Below the pieces are notes generated by a model that saw only the letters and a program-made list of their open reading frames with translations, did not search any database and was not told the DNA's origin. A DNA stretch of 64,000 nucleotides, from positions 31,930,001 through 31,994,000 of the forward strand of contig OZ024755.1 of NCBI GenBank assembly GCA_964016885.1. The letters run 5' to 3'. Source of the stretch: Eledone cirrhosa (Eukaryota). Below are positions 50,092 through 63,000 of this stretch, in pieces. The translations under genes were made by a program, and so were the position numbers. How positions within the stretch are numbered: position 1 is the first letter of the stretch; each line of letters starts with the position of its first letter.

Positions 50092-50512
50092 GCATGGCCT
50101 AGTGGTAAGGGTGTTGGACTGCGATGGACTAGCGTCCTGTCCAGGGGGAAGTCTTGTACTCTCAGTCACTTCATTCCATGAAACCGGGATAAGCACCGGC
50201 CAAATGAGCCTTCTGACCTAAGACAGACTTGAGACTTTAAAGTGGAGGTACGTGGTCTAGTGGTAAGGGTGTTGGACTTACGATCGTAACGTCGTGGGTT
50301 GCGTGTTGTGTTCTTGAGCAAAACACTTCATTTCACGTTGCTCCAGTATACTCAGTTGAAAATGAGTACCAGCAATAGCTGGGGGTTTATCCATATGATG
50401 GCTAGTGTCCTGTCCAAGGGGAAGTCTTGTACTCTCAGTCGCTTCACACCATGAAACCGGGATAAGCGCCGGTCAAATGAGCCTTCTAGCTTAAGACAAA
50501 CTTTAGACTTTT
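50092..50512 (+). mobile_element. Two tandem SINE family C copies (first internally deleted)
   Basis: Two ctagtggtaagggtgttggact heads and two gagccttct...agactt tails. Confidence 0.8.
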
Positions 50513-50929
50513 TTTTAGATTCCTTACTGCTAGAGGATAGGGAATTGTCTACAACAGTTCATGATGGTTTTATTAGTGGAAACCATGTTTACACATTGGA
50601 AACTATGCACTAGTACACTAGAGTTACTTTACCTAGAGATCTCTGGCCACTGTTAGATCCTTTTTGTGTGTTTTTATACATAAATCCTCACCATTTAACG
50701 TCTATTTTCCATGCTTGCATGGGTAAGATGGCGTGTCACGTTATGTGGCTAGACAAGTCAGATGACCTCGTTTTGCTTATACAATCTACATTTTGGCTTG
50801 GTTCACTATGACTGGATGCCCTTTTTAATGTCAACCACAGTACAACATACTGGGAGTTTTTTTATGACTCTGGTTGCTTTTCATTATGGCACCAGTGTGA
50901 GCACCTTACAAGGTGGACTGGGTACTTTT

Positions 50930-51057
50930 GAGCCCTTGCCATTCTGAGTTCAAATCCCGCCGAGGTTGACTTTGCCTTTCATCCTTACGGGGTCGATAAA
51001 ATAAAGTACCAGTAATACACTGGGTAATTGCTGGCCTTGTGCCAAAAAGTAGAAACA
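50930..51057 (+). mobile_element. 5'-truncated SINE family A with a 47-bp flanking duplication
   Basis: 50883-50929 vs 51058-51104, two mismatches. Confidence 0.88.
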
Positions 51058-52332
51058 ATTATAGCACCAGTGCGAGCACCTTACAAGGTGGACTGGGTAC
51101 TTTTTTGTTGTAAATATTATAATTCATTGTGGCAGTAGTATATTTTGTCACTCACTTTGATGTGTATGGTATTCTTGTTTTATATCTTTCAGTTTATTTG
51201 TATATTTTAAAACAGGAATGTATTTGGTTATTCTAATATATTTAATGCAGGATATGTGTGGTTTCTTGAGTTTGGTGTAGAAAATCCATGGTAGCACTTT
51301 GCTTTAATCATATTATGCTATCTAGTAGTATATTTCCATATACATTATTGACTAATTCTCATAATTTTCTCATGAATTAATTGTAGGTTAGATTGTATTA
51401 AGTATTCTGTTCGGAGAATTGATTTTATTATGAAACTACATTTAGTCACCATTGACATTGAGATAAACAGAATTATTAGTGGGTTTATTGAAAAATTTAA
51501 GTATTGTGAGCATAGATGTTAACATCCTCAGAAGCAATTTTGTTTATATAGCGAATTTACATAGCAAGAGGTCTATTAGTAACCCTTTCAGCTTTGTGAA
51601 GTAGCAATTCTTTTGCCTTAACCTTTTTGATACCAAACTGGTTAAAACCACATCTGTTACTATGACACAAAACTGTATATTTTAAAGTGTTTATATTTAT
51701 CTAAAAATATTCTATCATAATTTTATCTAAGAATTTTTATTAATGTATGTTCCAAACACCAGCTTAATAATGAGAAAGTCTGTTATATCATTAAATCCCT
51801 CCAAATTCTTGATCATTTTCTAAACTACTTGAAAATCATAGTCAATGTTTTTATTAGAAATATGGTAACAAATGGGTTAAAGTGTTTATATTTATCTAAA
51901 ACCATCTTTAGTAGTGGACAGATCGTTGTAAAAATTTGCAGTAAACTAAAGTAAAGATTTTAATTTTTAATGTGATGCAGTCTTAGTGTTGTTTTGTATT
52001 TTTTCAAGAATATCTTGCTCATGTGATTTAATGTGGTACATGACATTAAGAGTTAATGAGTATAGTACACTAGAAAGGTTGGGGGATGAGAATAAGTTCT
52101 TCTGGATAGATAATCATCAAGATTGAGTGTATAAATGTGGCTAAAATATAATAGTGTATTGCTAAATGATAGAATAACATTTCTTAACCCTTTCAATGCT
52201 AACACACCTAAAGTTGTTCATATTTAAATTTAAGTCTCAATCAAAATTTTAAATGAATGGTATTATGAGATTTCAGTGAGTTAACACCAACAGTATACAT
52301 ATGCACAAATACATAAAGTTACAGGTATTTTA

Positions 52333-52561
52333 TTAACCCTTTAGCAATCACATTACTCTATATATACTATTGTATTTTCATGGTAAAGGCTGTACCTCAC
52401 ATAATATCTCACATAATATCGAATCTATGAGATTTTGATATTATTTATTTTGAGAAAAATACCTTAACATAAGTAAGTATGAGCAGCCAGTTATGGCTGG
52501 TTTGAACAGAAAGAGGTGAGAGACTGGCCAGATACGGCCTGTTTAAATGCTAAAGAGTTAA
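52333..52561 (+). mobile_element. piggyBac-type MITE family 1
   Basis: TIRs and TTAA. Confidence 0.88.
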
Positions 52562-52634
52562 ACCATTCCAAAATATTTATTATATTGAAAAATCCCTTGA
52601 AACACATAGGCACTTTACTCATTAGAAATATATA

Positions 52635-53428
52635 AGGTGGTTGTATAAGTGTCACAACTAAAATCAAAAAAGCATCTAGCCCACACTGTAAAGCGGTCGT
52701 GTAGGTGTCACAACAAAAAGCACCCAGTCCACACTGTAAAGTGGTCATGTAGGTGTCATGACTAAAAGCACCCAGCCCACATTGTAAATATGATTGTGTA
52801 GATGTCACAACAAAAAGCACCCAGTCCACACTGTAAAGTGGTTATGTAGGTGTCATGACTAAAAGCACCCAGCCCACACTGTAAATGCGATTGTGTAGGT
52901 GTCACAACAAAAAGCACCCAGTCCACACTGTAAAGTGGTTATGTAGGTGTCATGACTAAAAGCAGCCAGCCCACATTGTAAATATGATTGTGTAGATGTT
53001 ACGACAAAAAGCACCCAGTCCACTGTAAAGTGGTTATGTAGGTGTAATGACTAAAAGCACCCAGCCCACACTGTAAATATGATTGTGTAGATGTCACGAC
53101 AAAAAGCACCCAGTCCACTGTAAAGTGGTTATGTAGGTGTCATGACTAAAAGCACCCAGCCCACATTGTAAATATGATTGTGTAGATGTTACAACAAAAA
53201 GCACCCAGTCCACACTGTAAAGTGGTTATGTAGGTGTCATGGCTAAAAGCACCCAGCCCACATTGTAAATGTGGTTGGTGTAAGGAAGGGTTTCCAGCCA
53301 TAGAAACCTAGCCAGAAACAGTTTTATATAAGCAAGACACGGGCACCTGACCCAACTTGCCTCTAATGGGATAACCCATCTAACCCATGCTAGTGTGGAA
53401 AATGGATGTTAAACGATGATGATGATGA
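52635..53428 (+). repeat. ~47-bp minisatellite (~13 units, alternating two variants) running into a SINE 3' end with (GAT)n
   Basis: Unit aaaagcacccag(t/c)ccaca(c/t)tgtaaa...gtag(g/a)tgtca; same motif as the SINE body at 62130-62165. Confidence 0.92.
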
Positions 53429-53799
53429 GTCATGGAAGTGTTGTTATTAGTAGGGAATTAGACATTGAACAGTTTTGGTGATTGCAGCATGGTGTGAGCA
53501 GACAAATAGAATGGTCTGTTCTATAGAGATGTAATAACAACAGCCTTGAGATGTAATAACAACAGCCTTAAAACTAACTTATCATTTCATCTATCATGTA
53601 TGTGTGTGTAAATGTGTATTAACTCTTTATATCCTATAGTGGTTTAGCATAAAATATCTGAAACTAGGTTTGAGTATTCAAAGAAAAGACTTCAATTTTC
53701 AATGTGATGCAGTTATAGTACTGTTTTGTACTTTACAAGAATGTCTTACTAATGTGGTTTGATGTAGTAGAGGAGGTTAATTTTAATGATGATGATGAT

Positions 53800-53974
53800 G
53801 TGGCAGTATCGGTAGAGGGTTGGACGCCATGCTTTCCAGCATAGCTACGTCCCTTTACGATCTGAGTTCAAATCCCGCCGAGGTTGACTTTGCCTTTCAT
53901 CCTTATGGGGTCGATAAAATAAAGTACCAGTAATGCACTGGGTAATTGCTGGCCTTGTGTCTAAAGTAGAAACA
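53800..53974 (+). mobile_element. SINE family A
   Basis: Head, core and 3' end gtagaaaca|attat. Confidence 0.88.
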
Positions 53975-54729
53975 ATTATCAAAGTATAAAAGGCAGGCAG
54001 AATATTGGTGTGTAACAAATTTTATGTCACTGATTTATTGAGTTATTGGCAATTCAATAGACTTTGAATCTACTGAGGCAATATTGTAGCTATGTTGTAT
54101 GTGATGTGTGCTTTCTTTGAATGAAACAGGATAGTTAGACAATAGATTAAGATGTTATAGTATGTATGGACCTATAACTCCTGGTGGAGTTATATGGATG
54201 CCATAGTGACCTACAGTGTTGCATGGACACTTTAAATCTAGCAGAGCCCATCCCTCACCAGGTCTGAACATAGTTGATTTCTTCCAGGGTAAGAGATATA
54301 GAGGAAGAATTGACTCCAGTACTGAATTGGTACTTCTTTTTATTGACCTTGAAAGGATGAAAAGCAGAGTTGACATCAGTAGGTTTGTGAACAAAATGTT
54401 ATAATAGTGCTCTAGTATGTAAATAGTTTGTTTGGTGAATGGTTAAATATTTAGTTATTTGAAGAACACTGGTTTTTGGGGTTTTTTTTTTTGCTAATAA
54501 ACCTCATTGAAAGATATAAACATATCATCATCATCATCATCATTTTACATCCGCTTTTCTCTGCTTGCAAGGGTGGAACATGTCCTTTTCAGCACAGCAT
54601 CTCTCCATTCGTCATGGTCCTTCATCATTTCTTCTGTGAGCTTCAGCAATCTGAGGTCAGCTCTCACCACCTCCACCCATGATTTTTGTGGTCTTCCTCT
54701 ATATACATCTATATAGGTTAGGGTGATAT

Positions 54730-54878
54730 GTATTTTATTATAGCTGTGAAACTATGCCAGTGGCTTGAGGACCAGGAATTTCATGCTTAAGTACACTTCC
54801 AAATTTGAAAAATATGCTTAAGCATGAAACTCCTGGCCCTCAATCCACTGATATAGCTTCACAACTCTAATAAAATAC
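54730..54878. repeat. Fold-back element with ~64-bp imperfect arms and a ~21-nt loop
   Basis: gtattttattatagctgtgaa...tttcatgcttaagta vs tgcttaagcatgaaa...ctctaataaaatac. Confidence 0.8.
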
Positions 54879-56654
54879 TCACATATATATAATTCCCATG
54901 TACAAAATTACACTTATAAATTATTGATCAACTTATGGCTAGGATTGAAGACACTTGGTTCAGGTGCTGGAATTACAAGACTTTTGTGTATTGCAATTGA
55001 TTTCAGCTTGAACATTTTTGTTTTGCTATGTTTATGTGCACATGCAGCTTGTTTTCCTGTAGCATGCATCTCATTATGATACAGAGGTTAAATCGCTCTC
55101 AAGAAATTATATCCCAATGGATAAAAACATTTATACTTTTAGAAAAATAAGGGTTCCTAGTTCAAAATCCTGTGCTCTACTGAATGCATTTTATTATGCC
55201 ACCAGCACGAGAGGTTGTCATATCTTTGACACAGCTGAAGAATCCTCTTCAGAAATATATTCTATAGACGAGGTTAATCAGCCATAAAATTATAATCTCA
55301 TTCACAACAATTCATCTAAAACATTTATACATCTAAACTATCTCTGTCTTTAAACTGGCAATGACACAAAACTGATACACTGATCGATCAATAAAGCATG
55401 CTGGATACATTATATCTTATATTCTAAATCTATCCCTCTCCCCCTCACCAACCATCCATCTCATCAACAAACCTTCATTTACTAACACACTACACAATCA
55501 CTAGCACACTGATGCTCTATATTTTTTTAATTTCTATTTACTACCACTGCTACAATGATTGCAGCTCCTCTGAATTTATAACTGCACATTACACCCCTTT
55601 AAATCCCCCATCATCTTCTATTCTTATCACTCTTACTGTGTTTCATCTTAAAATGTTGCACTAAATACCTCACTCAGTCATTTATGCTCACAACTACAAT
55701 AATATGAAATTTCTGTAAGCCAAAGTTTTCCCAACAGGCATCAACTTAGAAGAACCTCCAAATGCTATGGACACTACATTCTTCCTTGGACTTATATATA
55801 TTTATATAAGAATAACTGTGTTTTGTGATAATTAAATAGCAGTCAGAATTTACAATTTAATTTATTTTTTATTAGTAAATTGTATTATATATCTGATCAA
55901 CTTACTTATTTATAAAATGATATTACAATGTTTAAATCATTGTTATCATAATGCATTCAAAATGAAATATATTTTGTATATCAATGTGAAAATATTTAAT
56001 TATTCATTGTATCTTTTATTCATTTTCTATAGGTTTTTTTGGTCAATACTGCATTGTTGGCCAAGAAGAAAGTCAGCTGAGTCATATTTTTGGTGAAAAT
56101 ACTATGATTAAAGTGTCAAGATATATCAAATAAAGCAATTCAAAGTGCAACTGAGGTTGAGGAGCTCCCTACTTTTGCAGGTTTGTGGAACCAGAGAAGG
56201 GAACTATTAACAACTTCTAGGACCCTTGAGGGTAATTATTCAAGAGGTGTAATTAAAAATAGTTGATATTTGAAATAAAGAAAAAGGAAAAAAGGAGACT
56301 ATATCAATTATATAAAGAGAAAAATTTCAATGTGAAAATATTTCAACTTTTCAAGACACAAATTATTAATCTCTTATTATTCTTATAGGAGAAAAAGAAA
56401 AGGCAAAAATTAAAAATAAAGAAAAGCAAGACAAATATTTAAAGAAATCGCAAATCAATAAAAAAAATTATATATGTATATGTATATATACATCTAAAAA
56501 TTAACTCACTGAATGACAAGATAGATGTGTGTGTATGTATGCAAGCATGCACACATATTCATAAATACAGAGCTACACATGCATAATTGCTTGTATGAAT
56601 GTCTGTTTATTTGTCAATATATTTAAATTTTTAAAACATTGAGCATGATTGTGC

Positions 56655-57115
56655 TCATGTATTTGTGTGCATATATGTGTGCGTATCTATATGTGTGCAT
56701 ATCTATATGTGCGTATCTATGTGTGCATATTTATGTGTGCGTATCTATGTGTGCATATTTATGTGTGCGTATCTGTGTGTGCATATCTATATGTGTGCAT
56801 ATCTATGTGTGCATCTATGTGTGCATATTTATGTGTGTGCGTATCTATGTGTGCATATTTATGTGTGTGCATATCTATGTGTGTGCATATTTATGTGTGC
56901 ATATCTATATGTGTGCGTATTTATGTGTGCATATCTATATGTATACATATTTATGTGTGCATCTATATGTGTGCGTATTTATGTGTGCATATCTATATGT
57001 GTGCATATCTATATGTGTGCATATCTATATGTGTGCATATCTATATGTGTACATATTTATGTGTGCATCTATATGTGTGCGTATTTATGTGTGCATATTT
57101 ATATGTGTGCATATG
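56655..57115. repeat. Compound microsatellite (tgtgtgc(a/g)tat(c/t)ta)n; an ~81-bp tandem duplication follows at ~57186-57352
   Basis: Directly visible; it accounts for the Cys/Val/Tyr-rich ORFs. Confidence 0.95.
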
Positions 57116-57934
57116 TTGGTGCGTTTGTTTGTATGTTTGTGCGTATCTATGTTTATATCTTTATACATACAAACACATGCACATACACACCACATACACA
57201 TATATTTCTCTGTATACATGTATGTATGTGTGTCTGTGTGCAAAAAGGATTTATTTGTGTGCAAGGGAACACACCACATACACATATATTTCTCTGTATA
57301 CATGTATGTATGTGTGTCTGTGTGCAAAAAGGATTTATTTGTGTGCAAGGGAAAAAAAAAATGGAAGGGACAACATCAACACTAAAACTGAGAAAATCTC
57401 AGAAAAAAAAAATTTTTAAATCAATGAAATCCAACCAACAACTATTAAAAAACTCTAAATCAAACTAATTTTTTTTCTATAAGCTGTGATATTTTTGCGA
57501 TGCCTTGGATCTTCCTAATTTACTGAATGGAATCATAAGGTACGGATATTACCGGAATGCTATTACCTTTGCAACACATTTCACAACTAATACAGCGAGA
57601 GGATGTTGATTTTGATGGCAACAGTTAGGTGAAAGTGAAGAGTAGCAGTAGCAACTATCAGTATTTTTATCCTGATGTTACTGCTATGTATGATCAGAAA
57701 TCTGTCTCATCTGCAGTTGTACCACCAATTCATGTAAAATAATAATCAAAATTCCCAGATGCATGTGTAAATATATACATGTGTATATAGATATATGCTT
57801 ATATGTCTAAATGTGCATTTGGGTATGGATTGAAAAACTAATATGTCTATAGGTCTTTCTGGATAAAATCTATAAATGTTAAGTTAGGTACAAAGATCTG
57901 TAATTTCGTAAGCTTACATAAGAATATAATCATG

Positions 57935-58066
57935 TCTGTGTGTATATGTGTGTGTGTGTGTGTGTATGTATGCATTATATATATATATATATCTATATAT
58001 ATATATATGCTTATACACTCATGCAACTTTATATATTTGTGTGTGTGTTCACATGAATGCATAATG

Positions 58067-58109
<43 letters not shown>

Positions 58110-58118
58110 AAGTGTGCA

Positions 58119-58195
<77 letters not shown>

Positions 58196-58261
58196 TTATA
58201 CACTCATGCAACTTTATATATTTGTGTGTGTGTTCACATGAATGCATAATGCATACATATA

Positions 58262-58300
<39 letters not shown>

Positions 58301-58380
58301 AAGTGTGCATGTGTGTGTGTATATATATATATAAACATATATATATATTTATATATATGATGATATATATATATATATCC
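57935..58380. repeat. (TA)n/(TG)n complex with an internal tandem duplication
   Basis: tatgcttatacactcatgcaacttta...aagtgtgcatgtgtg occurs twice. Confidence 0.9.
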
Positions 58381-58812
58381 TGATATCCCGGTTATCATTT
58401 AAACGGACGTTAAATGATGAAGATGGTGATTTGTATACACACACACACACACACACGTGTATATATAGAATTGATGCACGCATACATATATAACCACATA
58501 TATAAAAGCATACACTTTCATATGCCATGTACACACATACATTCTACACAAATGCACATCCATATTTATTCATTTATCCACTTCTGTCACTTAATTTCTT
58601 TATTTGTGTGTCTGTCTGTCTGTCTGTGTATATAAATGTATATGTTAGGGTTATGCTCAGAATCTAGTGGACAACTTATATGTATGTTTATGTACTTTAC
58701 ATGTATACATAGACAAATAAACATCTGTTTTAAACATACACACACACACATGTACATGTAATACTTCCCTCTCGCTCTCTATATTCCTAATTCATTCTCT
58801 CTCTCTGTCTCG

Positions 58813-58877
<65 letters not shown>

Positions 58878-59229
58878 CTCTACTACTACTACAACTACTA
58901 TGACTACTACTACTACTTGCAAACAAACAATATTTCCTGTTAAGTTTAAGTTAATGGATCTTGTTTTTATTGTGCCATTAAAACTGTTTAACAATTTTCT
59001 GAAATTCCCGTGTTTTAAGTGTTCAACACTTATTATCAAGATTTAGTTCAAGTTCATGAGTTCTTCTTTCTCTCTGTGTTTTGAATGTATATCAACCATT
59101 GGTTCTAGTTGTGCTGTCTAATATCAAATTATGTATGACCAACAGATGCCAAAGGTCATATTTAAGTTATTAAGATTTCGAGCCTCACTTTTCATGTTTT
59201 ATTACAGATATGCAGCATTGGAAGATAAT

Positions 59230-59770
59230 GGAAAAAAAATACAAAAATACAAGTGGCCGAAATGGGGTTCCTCCAAAGGGTCTTTGGAGTAACATTATAC
59301 AATAGAGTGCGTAACTCAGAGATCAGAAAGTCACTCCAGGTAGAGCTGCTACTTCTCCGAATTGAGAGATCACAGCTCCAATACTATGGACATGTGGTTA
59401 GAATGTCTCAGGAAAGAATCACTGGAGAGTTACTCCAGGTAGAGCTGCTACTTCTCTGAATTGAGAGATCACAGCTCTGATACTATGGACATGTGGTTAG
59501 AATGTCTCAGGAAAGAATCACTGGACAGATTTTACAGGTAAAACCAGCCGACAGGAGACCTAAGGGTAGACTCCAAGTAAGATGGTTGGATAACATCCAT
59601 GAGCTTGGCTGGTCTCACTTGGGGATCCCACCGGATCAGTTGGAGACAGTTGCTTCTGACAGGACCCACTGGAGGGAGTGTTTGAGGACTCTGCCCCTAC
59701 AACCTTCTCGGGAATAAGTGGGTGAAGAAGAAGAAGAAGAAGAAGAAGAAGAAGAAGAAGAAGAAGAAAA
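59230..59770 (+). mobile_element. RTE-like LINE 3' end with (GAA)n tail and a ~96-bp internal tandem duplication
   Basis: AEMGFLQR...VRNSEIR...QLQYYGHVVRM...RRPKGR..RWLD; (gaa)n at 59725-59768. Confidence 0.88.
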
Positions 59771-59904
59771 AAAAATTAAACACAGGACAAATGCCCATTC
59801 TTCTCCCCACTAACAGACTGGCAAAAGACAACATTCTAAATTTATATCAACATATCCATTGGGGCCGCAGGGCAAGCAGCATGTGGGCCCCCATTGGCTC
59901 ATAT

Positions 59905-60692
59905 TAGTGAGAGATAGGGAGAGCAGGAGAGATGGAGGCAGTGACAGTGGGAGTTTGGTTCCTTTGTGTTTGGACCTGGTGTATATGATAGATGGGGGAG
60001 AGCAGGAGAGATGGAGGCAGTGACAGTGGGAGTTTGGTTCCTTTGTGTTTGGACCTGGTGTATATGAGAGATGGGGAGAGTGGGAGAGATGGAGGCAGTG
60101 ACAGTGGGGGTTTGGTTCCTTTGTGTTTGGACCTGGTGTATATGAGAGATAGGGAGAGCAGGAGAGATGGAGGCAGTGGCAGTGGGAGTTTGGTTCCTTT
60201 GTGTTCGGACTTGGTGTATATGAGAGATGGGGGAGAGCAGGAGAGATGGAGGCAGTGACAGTGGGAGTTTGGTTCCTTTGTGTTCGGACCTGGTGTATAT
60301 GAGAGATGGGGGAGAGCAGGAGAGATGGAGGCAGTGACAGTTGGAGTTTGGTTCCTTTGTGTTCGGACCTGGTGTATATGAGAGATAGGGAGAGTGGGAG
60401 AGATGGAGGCAGTGACAGTGGGAGTTTGGTTCCTTTGTGTTCGGACCTGGTGTATATGAGAGATAGGGAGAGTGGGAGAGATGGAGGCAGTGACAGTGGG
60501 AGTTTGGTTCCTTTGTGTTCGGACCTGATGTATATGAGAGATAGGGAGAGTGGGAGAGATGGAGGCAGTGACAGTTGGAGTTTGGTTCCTTTGTGTTCGG
60601 ACCTGGTGTATATGATAGATGGGGAGAGCAGGAGAGATGGAGGCAGTGACAGTGGGTGTTTGGTTCCTTTGTGTTCGGACTTGGTGTATATG
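59905..60692. repeat. ~78-bp minisatellite, ~10 copies
   Basis: Unit gagagatagggagagcaggagagatggaggcagtgacagtgggagtttggttcctttgtgttcggacctggtgtatat. Confidence 0.97.
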
Positions 60693-60784
60693 TTTATGTT
60701 TCATGAAAGAGTTAAAACAGGATCAGTAGTACCATTGAGTGGTTATATATGGTACTATGACATCTAGTCTTGCAGAATTTGACA

Positions 60785-61505
60785 TTAACCATTTAGCATT
60801 TACATTACTCTATATTTACTATTACAGTGGAGGCATGTGGCCTAGTGGTAAGGGTGTTAGACTTACGATCATAATGTTGTGGGTTCAATTCCTGAGTTGC
60901 GTGTTGTGTTCTTGAACAAAACACTTCATTTCCTGTTGCTCCAGTATACTCAGATGAAAATGAGTACCAGCAATAGGGTTTAACTCTGTGATGGACTGGT
61001 GTTGTACTCTCAGTCGCTTCACGACATGAAACCAGGATAAGCACTGGCCAAATGAGCCTTCTGGCTTAAGATAGACTTTAGACTTAGATATTTACTATAT
61101 TTCCACAGTAAAGGCTTTACCTCACATAATTACCTCACATAATATGAAATCTATGAGATTTGGATATTATTGTGTTCAGACCTGATGTATATCTATGTTT
61201 CATGAAAGAGTTAAGACAGGATCAGTTATATATGGTTATATATGGTACTATGACATCTACTCTTGCAGAATTTGACATTAACCATTTACCATTCACATTA
61301 CTCTATATATACTATTGTATTTTCACAGTAAAGGCTTTACCTTACACAATATCTCACATAATATCGAATCTATGAGATTTTGATATTACTTGTTTTGAGA
61401 ACAATACCTTAACATCAGTGTGAGCAGCCAATTACAGCCAGTTTGAAGAGAAAGACATGAGAGAATTTTGGCCAAATATGGCTGGTTTAAATGCTAAAGA
61501 GTTAA
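60785..61505 (+). mobile_element. Locally duplicated MITE family 1 (60785-~61170 with nested SINE C at 60823-61087; intact copy 61278-61505)
   Basis: The ~110-bp left flank is also duplicated (60671-60784 / 61172-61277). SINE TSD atatttactat (60812-60822 / 61088-61098). Confidence 0.85.
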
Positions 61506-61637
61506 GTCTTAACATCCTGTAATGATTTAGTAGAAAATATTTTTTAATGAATTTGTTCATTCAAATGTTTGTAGTATCTTTACCAGTGAGCAGATGGGTT
61601 TTAAAAATATGTGGTATTTGAGAAAAGACGTTAAATT

Positions 61638-61673
<36 letters not shown>

Positions 61674-61922
61674 TGGTGGCTTCAGCCGAAATTGCCTCAA
61701 CAATTGATCTCCACGTGGGTCAGTCGTTCATTGCCGCTGCCAAATCCTGGATTTCAATATTTCTTTCAAAGTCACATTTCACCATGTTATGTTCTGAATG
61801 CGTCAAAGCAGGCGAGTGTAGGTGCTATCAAGGTGCTTTTGTTGTTTGGATGAAAGCATTCATGTTTCACTTGCATATAGTAAGGTTGCTTGAATTGTTA
61901 CTTCAAAGAGTCTGATTTTGAT

Positions 61923-62265
61923 ATGGAGGCACATGGCTTAGTGGTTAGAGCATTGGCCTTGCAATCGAAAGGTTGTGAGTTCAATTCTCAGACCGGGTGA
62001 TGTGTTGTTTCCTTGAGCAAGACACTTTAATTCACATTGCTCCAGTTTGCTCAGCTGTAGAAATGAGATGATAGGGACTGGGGGTCCATATCATTCCACT
62101 GCAAAGTGGTCGTGGAGGTGCCACGGCAAAAAAGCACCCAGCACGCACTGTAAATGAGGTTGGTGTTAGGAAGGGCATCCAGCTGTAGAAATCAAGCCAA
62201 AATCAGTGACTGTCCCACCCTTGCAAGCAGGGAAAAGGCGGACGTAAAATGAAATGAAATGAATG
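61923..62265 (+). mobile_element. Full-length tRNA-headed SINE with RTE-derived 3' tail
   Basis: A-box tggcttagtgg, B-box gagttcaattc, tail gtcccacccttgcaagcagggaaaag identical to the LINE end at 16882-16907. Confidence 0.9.
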
Positions 62266-63000
62266 ATTAGAAAGATTTGAGCGCCAAACTCGATCCATCT
62301 TTAATTTTTAATGTGATGCAATCATATTGCTGTTTTGTACTTTTCAAGAATATCTGATAATAATAATGAAAATATTGTGTACAGTGCTCAGGTGCACTAC
62401 AACTCATCAAAAAGTGTATGTATAGTACATAGGGTAATGTACAAACGTCAGGAAAATGAACAGTGCATGAGCTATGATATACACATGCGTGCATGTGTAT
62501 GGAAGGGGTACATCAGGTGTAGTTTTGGCGAATTTGGGGAAGCATGAGGGTTTTAAAGGATGCTGTGTCTCGGCAGCTAACAACTGACACAGGCAGTTTG
62601 ATCCATGCTTCAGCAACGATTTCATGTGGTACAGGAGGACATTAAGAGTGAAATAGTGGATGATAGAATTAGTGACCAATGTTCATCTAAACATATGAAG
62701 CTATATCAAGTCTTCAGAAAAAGTGTTCAATACTCACAATCTAAACATCTATATATAAATTTGAGTGACTTCCGTCCATCTGTCCCATAATATGTGTGGT
62801 TGTGTGAATGTATGTATAAGTGTGTGTGTGTATGTATAAGTGTGTGGGTGTGTATATGTATATATGTGTGTATATAAGTGTGTGTACGTGTGTGTTTGTA
62901 TATCTATGTGTGTCTTTCTGTGTTTTACATATTTACGGCAAGGAATGACAACCTGGGAAGAAGAGTAGCAAAGATTTTTTGAAATTACACCCTAACACCC

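Noticed and set aside
56005-56240. Possible exon after an acceptor-like ttttctatag at ~56032
   Set aside because: No recognisable coding signal, and such motifs are common in AT-rich DNA; transcript data would be needed.
56639-57468. Cys-rich ~250-aa ORFs in three frames
   Set aside because: Compound microsatellite; open in all frames, with no domain structure.
59904-60767. 266-aa and 153-aa repeat ORFs
   Set aside because: Translation of the 78-bp minisatellite.
61923-62000. tRNA gene-like sequences (also the heads at 50241, 60827 and 53800)
   Set aside because: The A/B boxes continue into multi-copy SINE bodies and no complete cloverleaf is evident.
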